From Candidatus Melainabacteria bacterium (GTDB lineage: Bacteria; Cyanobacteriota; Vampirovibrionia; Obscuribacterales; Obscuribacteraceae): a stretch of DNA of 64,000 nucleotides. The stretch is from contig CAWKBA010000008.1 in NCBI GenBank assembly GCA_963847765.1, positions 10,643 to 74,642 on the forward strand, in the 5' to 3' direction. Every line of letters starts with the position of its first letter. The stretch's first letter is position 1. The notes below the pieces were generated by a model. The model searched no databases, was not told the DNA's origin, and worked only from the letters and a program-made list of their open reading frames with translations. Made by a program: the position numbers and the translations under genes. Of the stretch, positions 39,130 to 47,386 are shown piece after piece.

Positions 39130-40626
39130 TTATTGTTTCATTGACCGGTGATGAACAATAATTTCCGCTTGCTCATTTTTAAAAGCTACCTGCCAGGCAG
39201 CATCTTTTTCAAGATACTGGCATAGCCTGGTCGCGGGAGAGAGAAAAATCCAATTAATTTTGTACTTGATTAGCAATTCTCGCCAGGTGGGATTACAGTC
39301 AGCAATTGCTAAATAATCCCGTACGGTTTGCTGGGAGTAGATATCAAAGCGCGTATCAATAAAGAGCTTGACTGGGTTTTTTCCATTCCACATAAGCACA
39401 TCGCCAAATTCAGGATCATTAAAAAGATTCCCTGATGGGTTATGCACAGCGATATAATCCAGGGCTTGAAACGGCGGTACAAAGACTCTAGAGATTGCCG
39501 GAATAGTCGGATGGCTGAACAGCAGCATACTCAAACTGCCTGCTATTGCTGATAGCACGATCAGGGCATGTATATTCTTTTGTTTAGTTCCAGCCGGTGT
39601 CTCGGTTTTGATGTGAAACCCACTGCCAATCAACGGCAGCATTAATAGCAAACCAAAGGTAATGAGACGTTGAAAAAGTATTCCTAAAACCATGCCTACT
39701 ATGGCGATGAGCATATAAATAAAATCACTTCCTGTTAATGCCGGTCGAAACCCGCGCCTAATGCGAAACAAGGCTAATAATGAAAGACCGCCAAAAGAAC
39801 AAAGTAGTGGCAGATTATGACTGGCTAGAGTTGTCGTGAATGGCTGCAGTTCACCTATGTAGCGATTAGCCGGGTGAAAATAAAGATGTGGTATGTACTG
39901 CCAGAGTAAAATACCATATGGCGTTATCAATGAGGCCAATAGACAAAAAACAAAACTGATCGACCAGGTGGTCAGCAAAGCCCGACGGTTGCCACACAAA
40001 TCTCTGAGGCTTAACACAAGCAAAAGCAAGATGCCGATTACAAAACCACTATGCAGGTTGGCCCAGAGAACCATTATTACCGCCAGGACAGTCGCCAGTT
40101 TCCAATTTATCCTATGAGAATCTGTTCTCATTTCCTGCCTGACGACAATCTCAAGGTACACAGCTAAAAATAAATAGGAGAATATTTCCGGCTTTAGCAA
40201 CATGCGTTCAATAGAACCAAGGGCAACACCAATTGTAATCAGTCCGGCACGTAATGACCCTAACTTAAAACATTCCAGTATGCGCCAGGGCATAATGATC
40301 AGAGAATATACAAGTATGCTGCAGGCAAAAGTCACCAATCCCATCGTTCCAGCAACTGTGATTATTGCAAAGAAAATAACTTCCGTTAGCCATTGATAAA
40401 CGACCAGTCCTTGAGGAGCAGAATACATAGCAAAAGTGTATGAAAAGGGATCAGTAACCGGCAACATCTTATGCTGGCAAATCCAGCGCCCCATAGACAG
40501 GAGAAAACATGTGTCCGGCTCGCGAAGTGAAAAAGCCGCTACGCCTATACCGTAAATGAAAGCTAATGATATAGTTACCAGTATGGCAATAGCAAAATTT
40601 CTTTTAGGCATCGCCCATACTTCCAA
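39130..40626 (-). CDS. Large polytopic membrane protein, GT-C-like putative glycosyltransferase
   Basis: 498 aa with more than 10 TM helices. It is a paralog of the divergent neighbour, sharing LLSMGRWI...DPFS near the N-terminus and DPEFGDVLMW...IDTRFDIYS near the C-terminus. Confidence 0.5.
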   Translation of the reverse strand: MEVWAMPKRNFAIAILVTISLAFIYGIGVAAFSLREPDTCFLLSMGRWICQHKMLPVTDPFSYTFAMYSAPQGLVVYQWLTEVIFFAIITVAGTMGLVTFACSILVYSLIIMPWRILECFKLGSLRAGLITIGVALGSIERMLLKPEIFSYLFLAVYLEIVVRQEMRTDSHRINWKLATVLAVIMVLWANLHSGFVIGILLLLVLSLRDLCGNRRALLTTWSISFVFCLLASLITPYGILLWQYIPHLYFHPANRYIGELQPFTTTLASHNLPLLCSFGGLSLLALFRIRRGFRPALTGSDFIYMLIAIVGMVLGILFQRLITFGLLLMLPLIGSGFHIKTETPAGTKQKNIHALIVLSAIAGSLSMLLFSHPTIPAISRVFVPPFQALDYIAVHNPSGNLFNDPEFGDVLMWNGKNPVKLFIDTRFDIYSQQTVRDYLAIADCNPTWRELLIKYKINWIFLSPATRLCQYLEKDAAWQVAFKNEQAEIIVHHRSMKQ

Positions 40627-40684
40627 AAGGTAATTGATCCCATCTCTTCATCAAATATAACGGTTAACTGTCAATCTGCCAACT

Positions 40685-42130
40685 ATGCAAGCTGATCAAA
40701 TCAGCCAAAGAGATAAACTGTGTCTGCAAATCAGCTTGCTGTTTTTTTTGCTGACACTTATTTATTTTGGCATGACGATATGCCGGCTTTGTCTCTGTCA
40801 ACGAGATATATACTACCTGCTCTCCATGGGACGATGGATTATCGAACAAGGCGGGTTGCCGCAAACAGATCCCTTTTCCTGGACATATTCTGTTTATCCA
40901 AACGGCTGCCCGTTTGTAGTGCATCAATGGCTGACTGATATCATCTTTTTCGCTGCGCTAAAAATGCTTCGTGCCAATAGTCTGGTACTGATTACGGCAA
41001 CAACTCTATGTCTGAGTTTTCTTATCCTGATTCTTCAGACAATGAAGCTTTTGCGCCTTGGTCAGACAGTGACTCTTTGCCTTTTATCGCTTTCTTTACT
41101 TGCTGCAACCGCACATCTGCAGGTACGCCCGGAAATTTTTTCCTATGTTTTTATTTCACTCTACTATTTTATTTTGCTCAAAGCGGATCATATGGGCAAA
41201 TTAACGACAGAAAGCCTGATCATTCTCACCTTGAGCATGATCCTCTGGTGTAATCTGCATAGCGGGTTTGTGGCTGGACTGATTATTATCTGCTTTTGGT
41301 TATTATTTTCTCTTATCGATCAGATCGTGTTTCACAAATCAACATTGAACAATAGCTATTTTTTTGCACTGCCGCTCTGTTTTACAGCCACATTGATTAA
41401 CCCGGTTGGTTGTAATTTATGGTTATATCTTCCTGCCCTATATTTTTCACCAATAAGTCATTATATAGACGAATGGCGGCACATTGATTTAAGTTTCTTC
41501 CGCTATGACCCATTCTACGCGCTGCTAATTTTAATAACTATTTTTGCTCTTCTTGCCCACAGAATTGTTAGCACCGGCAAATTAAAAGATACAGGATTGA
41601 AACCCATTGCCCTTGGTGCGATAGCAATTGTAATTAGCTTTTGTGTTTGCCGCTTTATGAATATTGCCTCTATGTCTTTGATTATAGCCATAGCCATGCT
41701 CTTGAATAAATTAAACCAGGCAAAAAATCAAAATGAAAATTCACCGCCGCAGTCTCCTTCATACGTTTATAGTCTATCTTTTGGCATATCAAGCACTTTC
41801 ATTGTTCTTGCCACCACCATAATTATCATGGATAGATTTCCAGCTAAGATTGCCGTTAATTACGACGAATTTTCCATGCCTGTTGGTGCAATCGATTTTC
41901 TAAAACAGCATCCGCAGAAAGGGCGACTTTTAAACGATCCTGAAAATGGTGATGTTCTTGTGTGGTATTTGCAACCTTGCCCTAAAATTTTTGTTGACTC
42001 GCGTTTTGATTTATACAGTCCCGCCATGTTAGATAAATACTTTAAATTAATAGCGTGTAATGCCGGCTGGCAAGATGATTTGCAGTCATTCAATATTGAC
42101 TGGCTTTTTGTAGGACTGGTTATCCGATAA
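40685..42130 (+). CDS. Large polytopic membrane protein, GT-C-like putative glycosyltransferase (paralog)
   Basis: 481 aa with LLSMGRWIIEQGGLPQTDPFS and DPENGDVLVW...VDSRFDLYS. Confidence 0.5.
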   Translation: MQADQISQRDKLCLQISLLFFLLTLIYFGMTICRLCLCQRDIYYLLSMGRWIIEQGGLPQTDPFSWTYSVYPNGCPFVVHQWLTDIIFFAALKMLRANSLVLITATTLCLSFLILILQTMKLLRLGQTVTLCLLSLSLLAATAHLQVRPEIFSYVFISLYYFILLKADHMGKLTTESLIILTLSMILWCNLHSGFVAGLIIICFWLLFSLIDQIVFHKSTLNNSYFFALPLCFTATLINPVGCNLWLYLPALYFSPISHYIDEWRHIDLSFFRYDPFYALLILITIFALLAHRIVSTGKLKDTGLKPIALGAIAIVISFCVCRFMNIASMSLIIAIAMLLNKLNQAKNQNENSPPQSPSYVYSLSFGISSTFIVLATTIIIMDRFPAKIAVNYDEFSMPVGAIDFLKQHPQKGRLLNDPENGDVLVWYLQPCPKIFVDSRFDLYSPAMLDKYFKLIACNAGWQDDLQSFNIDWLFVGLVIR

Positions 42131-42279
42131 TCAATGCTCTTTCTAAAGATCCCGGCTGGACTACTCTGTATTCTGACTATACGGCAGTGATTATGAGGAG
42201 AACAAACCGTCATCAATAACCTATACTCAACGCACAGGAAGATTTTGATACCCTTAACGAGGAAAGTAATTGATTCACA

Positions 42280-43215
42280 ATGCCAAAGCTTAAAATCTGG
42301 TTTGTTTCGCCTTGCTTTTTTGATGTGGAGTCATTCAAAGAGTTAAGAAAGCGCTGCTTAGATATGGTTCATAAATCTCTGCCGGAACTGGAGCCAAAGT
42401 TTGTCGTAATTGATGATTCTGGCGGACAAGATAGTCAAGCGATCGGATTAAGTGATGAGCCATCAACTACTGTTCTTGTGCCGCCTTATAACATTGGGCA
42501 CCAAAGCGCGATTGTTTTTGCCTTGCGGTCGATTTTGCCGGATATAGATCCAATGGACTATATCGTTACTCTTGATTGTGATGGAGAAGATAAGCCGGAA
42601 GATATTCCATCGTTGATAGAACCACTTTTTACTAAGCCAGATGATGTATACGCAGTTGCGCTTGCTCAAAGAACAAAAAGAAGCGAAACACTCAAATTTA
42701 AAACACTCTACTTCTTTTTCAAAATTTTCTTTTCTATATTGACTGGTACCAATATAAAGAACGGCAATCTCGCAGCATTTAGAGGACAATTTATAAATGG
42801 TGTCATTTTTCATCCTTACTTTGATTACTGTTATTCTTCCTCTTTGGTTGCTCTGCCTTTGAAAAGAAAAAATATTTCAATAGCCCGCGGCTCCAGATAT
42901 TTTGGCAAAAGTAAAATGACTTTGATCAGCCTGATTGGACATGGTTTCAGAATGCTCTTGCCATTTTCAGAACGGATTGCAATTAGAGGGATCATTCTTT
43001 CTGGCGGTTTGTTATTGCTAAGCACTGCCGGCTTGCTGTTTACCATAGTCTTGTGTAAAGTTCACCAGTACCCTCGTGATTGGCTTATTACAATTGAAGT
43101 TCTATCCTGTTTTTTCAGTATTTTTCTATTTATAATTTCCTTTATCTTTTTGCTACATTTCATCAAACCAGAGCTATCAGCCTGCGCAACTGGACTGGTT
43201 CTTCTTCGGGGGTAG
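42280..43215 (+). CDS. GT2 polyprenyl-phosphate glycosyltransferase, GtrB/DPM1-like, with two C-terminal TM helices
   Basis: VVIDDSGGQD, the DxD context TLDCDGEDKPEDIPSLI, and two C-terminal hydrophobic helices. Confidence 0.75.
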   Translation: MPKLKIWFVSPCFFDVESFKELRKRCLDMVHKSLPELEPKFVVIDDSGGQDSQAIGLSDEPSTTVLVPPYNIGHQSAIVFALRSILPDIDPMDYIVTLDCDGEDKPEDIPSLIEPLFTKPDDVYAVALAQRTKRSETLKFKTLYFFFKIFFSILTGTNIKNGNLAAFRGQFINGVIFHPYFDYCYSSSLVALPLKRKNISIARGSRYFGKSKMTLISLIGHGFRMLLPFSERIAIRGIILSGGLLLLSTAGLLFTIVLCKVHQYPRDWLITIEVLSCFFSIFLFIISFIFLLHFIKPELSACATGLVLLRG

Positions 43216-43288
43216 GTTTTAAATCTCGGTAGAGTTTATATGTGCTTGAAAACATCCACAGAAAGGCAGGCTCTAAACGAAGCTCAAT

Positions 43289-45493
43289 ATGCTAATGTTC
43301 TATTATGGTGCCTGTGTCCCTGCCCAAACATTTTCAGTGATTATCCACAATCAGATGAATGCAGAAATTGAATCGATCGAGTCTCTAAACAAAATCCGCT
43401 TTCGTCTATTGCTTTTCAGCGTGCTTTCTCTATATATGGAGATGATGGTCATTCGTTATCTTGGCACAGAGATAACGATATTTTCGTATTTTAAGAACCT
43501 TTCGCTCATGTCCGCATTCTTAGGATTAAGTCTGGGATTTTTGTTTGCCAACAGCAATCGTGACTATTTCAAATGGTCTGGAATTGCCTTTCTGTTTCTC
43601 AATGGAATTATAGCCACTGCACTGATGCTCCATATCACCTTTTTGAGCTTTACCAACCCGTTTGAGTTCATGCTCTTCGGCGTCGGCGGTGTGAAAGAAC
43701 ATGTGCCGAGCCTAGTTGCCAGCACCGGCACGTTGTTGATTATGCTGTCCCTGTATTCACTCAGCGCTTTTTCCTTTATCGGACTCGGTCAGCGCATGGG
43801 ACAGCTCTTTTCCAAGCTTCCAGCCCTTCAGGCTTATTCCATTAACATTGCCGGCTCATTGTTGGGAACAGCTATATTCGCGCTGTTAAGTTTACTGGAA
43901 ACCTCCCCAGGAATCTGGATGCTGATTGCTGGAATCCTTTTTATTTTGGTGCAAAGAAAACCGGCACATTTTGCGATCATTGCACTGGCAATCGTCTATA
44001 TGTGCTGGCTTTCACCATGGATCACTCGCAAATTCTATGGTGATAACTATGTTAAAACTCTTTGGTCTCCTTACTATCGCATCGATCTCGTCCAATCCAG
44101 GGAAGGACTGAAGCCGCCCCTGCATTGGGGTTGGCATTTAATGGTGAATTACGACGCCTTCCAAACACTCTTGGACTGTTCGCCGAAGAACCTGGCTACA
44201 TTACCTCAAAACGCGCAAAAAGTTATGTTGCAGCTGTATAGTACGCCTTATTTGCTGGAAAAAGCAGTGCCCAAGAAAGTTTTGATTTTGGCGCCGGGAA
44301 ACGGCAGCGATGTAGCGGGAGCAATTAGATCCGGAGTAGAGAGCATTGATGCCGTTGATATAGATCCAGTGATTACCAGACTGGGCAAAACACTTCACCC
44401 TGAAAAACCATATCTTGCTCCCAATGTGTCCCTGCACGTGATGGATGCACGTACCTTTCTTAGAACTTGCACTAAGAAATACGATCTGATTGTTTTTGCC
44501 TATCTGGACAGCCATACTGCTTATTCTTGTTTCTCATCGCTTCGCACCGACAATTACATTTTCACCAAAGAAGCTTATGCGGAAGCAAATAAATTATTAA
44601 ACAAAAACGGGAAAATTTATGTTAGCTTCATTTGCTTTAAGGATTATCTCTGGGACAGGCACTGCAAAGAACTAGCAGCTGCGACCGGGACGAAACCGCT
44701 TGGCTATCGTACTTTTAACGGCAATGTTAATATCGGCTACCTTATTGCGGGTCCCGGCACAAAGGGTAAAAGCGAGGCTGATTACAATATGCCCTATCCA
44801 AAGTTTCCCGTCAATCTGAATAGTTCTGTAGCACTCGCAGAAGACGACTGGCCATTTCTATTTCTTCCTGACCGTGAACTGTCTCTTACCTATATGATTC
44901 CATTATTCTGCGTAATGATGCTTTCCTTGCTTGCGGTCATCCGGCCAATTCAGTCAGGTCTTAAGAGCAAGCTAAACTGGCAAATGCTCATGCTCGGAAT
45001 GGGTTTTATGTTGCTTGAGGTTAGAGCCATGGCCGATCTCTCATTGCTCTTTGGCTCAACCTGGTTTGTCAACGTTTTTGTGATCTCGGGCATTCTTCTC
45101 GTAATTCTTCTAGGAAACTGGTTAGCTTCCAGATTAAGCGTTAGCTATATCATTCCACTCATTATTGGCTTATGCTTCTGTCTTTTACTATCGACATTCG
45201 TGCGGGCTAGCGATCTCACCATATATGGTGAATCGCTTGGACGGGCTCTGGGAATTATATTTTATATTTTCCCTGTTACTTTTGCTGCAGCTGTTTTCGC
45301 CATAATTTTCAAACAATCAAAAATCGCCAGCAGTGCATTGGCGTTCAACCTACTGGGCGGCTTAATTGGCGTGTCTCTTGAATATACGTCGATGTGGCTT
45401 GGTGTGCGCGCCCTGGGCTGGATTGCCATTGCCATTTATATATTGCTGCTTGCCACTTTCATGAACAAGCGCCCTATTCCCAGATTACATTAA
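43289..45493 (+). CDS. Spermidine synthase-like (SAM/aminopropyl transferase fold) domain embedded in a polytopic membrane protein
   Basis: 734 aa. N- and C-terminal TM bundles flank VLILAPGNGSDVAGAI...IDAVDIDPVI...MDARTFL...YDLIVFAYLDSH. The start is uncertain. Confidence 0.65.
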   Translation: MLMFYYGACVPAQTFSVIIHNQMNAEIESIESLNKIRFRLLLFSVLSLYMEMMVIRYLGTEITIFSYFKNLSLMSAFLGLSLGFLFANSNRDYFKWSGIAFLFLNGIIATALMLHITFLSFTNPFEFMLFGVGGVKEHVPSLVASTGTLLIMLSLYSLSAFSFIGLGQRMGQLFSKLPALQAYSINIAGSLLGTAIFALLSLLETSPGIWMLIAGILFILVQRKPAHFAIIALAIVYMCWLSPWITRKFYGDNYVKTLWSPYYRIDLVQSREGLKPPLHWGWHLMVNYDAFQTLLDCSPKNLATLPQNAQKVMLQLYSTPYLLEKAVPKKVLILAPGNGSDVAGAIRSGVESIDAVDIDPVITRLGKTLHPEKPYLAPNVSLHVMDARTFLRTCTKKYDLIVFAYLDSHTAYSCFSSLRTDNYIFTKEAYAEANKLLNKNGKIYVSFICFKDYLWDRHCKELAAATGTKPLGYRTFNGNVNIGYLIAGPGTKGKSEADYNMPYPKFPVNLNSSVALAEDDWPFLFLPDRELSLTYMIPLFCVMMLSLLAVIRPIQSGLKSKLNWQMLMLGMGFMLLEVRAMADLSLLFGSTWFVNVFVISGILLVILLGNWLASRLSVSYIIPLIIGLCFCLLLSTFVRASDLTIYGESLGRALGIIFYIFPVTFAAAVFAIIFKQSKIASSALAFNLLGGLIGVSLEYTSMWLGVRALGWIAIAIYILLLATFMNKRPIPRLH

Positions 45494-45526
45494 GTCCTCA
45501 ACGGACGTATAGACGCGTCGCTTCCG

Positions 45527-45548
45527 CCGCCTCCTCGGCGCCGTTCAC
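45527..45548 (+). repeat. CTCCTCG-GTTC intergenic core motif copy
   Basis: ccgcctcctcggcgccgttcac lies between the convergent gene ends at 45493 and 45560. Confidence 0.5.
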
Positions 45549-45559
45549 TCTGCTATACT

Positions 45560-47169
45560 TTATTCCCACTCGATAGTGGCGGGTGGTTTGGAGGTAATGT
45601 CATAAACAACACGATTGATGCCGGGTACTTCATTGACAATGCGAGAAGAAATGACCGCTAATAAATCAAAGGGCAGCCGTGCCCAATCAGCCGTCATGCC
45701 ATCTTCAGAAGTAACGGCTCGGATAACAATTTGATTTTGATAAGTACGTTGATCGCCCATTACACCCACTGATTTGGTTGGCAAAAGCACAGCCAAAAAT
45801 TTGCCAGACTTTTCTATATAGACCATGGGACTTTGATTTCTTCGCGAATAATCCAGTCAGCTTCACGCAAAATTTTAAGTCGTTCTTTAGTCACTTCGCC
45901 AAGTACTCGAATAGCCAGTCCTGGCCCTGGAAAAGGATGCCTCTCGCGAATGCCCTCCGGCACGTCTAATTCTTTGGCAACTCGGCGCACTTCGTCTTTA
46001 AATAATTTGGCAAAAGGCTCAACCAATTTAAATTTCAAATCTTCCGGCAAGCCGCCGACATTGTGATGCGATTTGATTTTTACTGCCACCCGTTCACCGG
46101 TTTTAGGATCGATTTGCGTGCCTGCCGATTCAATAACATCAGGATAGAGGGTGCCCTGGGCAAGATAATCAAACGGTCCTAGTTTTTTTGATTCTTCCTC
46201 AAATACACGAATGAATTCAGCACCAATGTTTTTTCGTTTTTCTTCCGGATCGGTAACACCTGCCAGTTTAGCAAGAAAGCGATCTCTGGCTTTTACAAAA
46301 TGTACTTGAATTTTAAAATCACGTTCAAAAGTTTCCACCAGCCATTCCGGCTCATTTTTGCGCATAAAGCCTTGATCGATAAACATACAGGTAAGCTGAT
46401 CGCCTATGGCTTTATGCAATAAAAATGCCAAAGTCGAACTGTCTACGCCACCAGACAGAGCCAATAGCACCCGTTTTTTCCCTACTTTCTGGCGCACCGC
46501 CGCTATGGTTTGATCAATAAATTTTTTCATTGTCCAATTGCCGCGACTGCCGCAAATGTCGACAACAAAATTACTGATTATTTTCTGTCCCCCTTCGGTG
46601 TGGGCCACTTCCGGATGAAATTGCACACCATAAAAATTGCGCTCCTCATCAGCAATTGCCGCTACCGGCGTTGCTGCAGTGCTGCCAATGACATCAAAGC
46701 CTGGCGGAAGAACAGAGGCGCTATCACCATGGCTCATCCAAATTTGCATACTTGCTTCTAGACCAGCAAATAATTTACCGTGCCGAAGGACTGTAAGAAC
46801 AGCTCGTCCATATTCTCTAACTTCAGCCGGTATAACTTCACCGCTGAGATCTCTTGCCATTAACTGCATGCCATAACATATGCCCAGCACCGGCACACCC
46901 AGTTTCCAAATTTGCGGATCAACCTGTGGTGCCCCGGGCTCATAGACGCTGTTAGGTCCGCCGGACAAAATAATCCCCTTTACTTTCAATTCACGCAGCC
47001 TGTCCGCCTTAGTGTCGTAAGGCAAAAGCTCTGAATATGTATTAACTTCTCTAACTCTTCTGGCAATGAGTTGCGAGTACTGGGCCCCAAAATCAAGAAT
47101 GGCTATAGTATCGGCCGCTATTGCCTGAGAGGGGCTCACCTCAGACAATTTATCTTCTTTTTGAATCAT
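45560..47169 (-). CDS. guaA: GMP synthase (glutamine-hydrolysing), one homopolymer frameshift as sequenced
   Basis: The GATase motifs are GICYGMQ and HPEV; the ATP-PPase motif is SGGVDSS; the C-terminus is [12 protein letters not shown]...KPPATIEWE. The frames join if the T3 run at 45832..45834 has one more base. Confidence 0.9.
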
Positions 47170-47178
47170 GTTTTTAAA

Positions 47179-47297
47179 CGCTCCGCTCGCTAATCCTTAG
47201 CGAGCTCCGCTTTATCCCCGTTCCGCTTTCACCTGCTCCTCGCAGCTGTTCGCTTCACTACACATTCTTGTAATCTCTGCGCTGCGCTCCGCTCGCT
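47179..47297. repeat. GC-rich intergenic element bounded by a perfect 13-nt direct repeat
   Basis: cgctccgctcgct occurs at 47179..47191 and 47285..47297. An internal hairpin gctcgcta/tagcgagc lies at 47186..47206, and the CTCCTCG...GTTC core lies at 47232..47253. Confidence 0.6.
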
Positions 47298-47386
47298 TCA
47301 TCAGCTTTAAATAGTTATAGTTAATTGGCGTCCAAAAAAGGGCTTGCGTAAAGCATAATTGCTAGAATTAAACACAATTAGCCCAA

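Noticed and set aside
40664-40927. An 87-aa minus-strand ORF lies in the divergent region between the two GT-C-like genes.
   Set aside because: It overlaps the 5' end of the well-supported plus-strand gene at 40685 and has no RBS or recognisable features.
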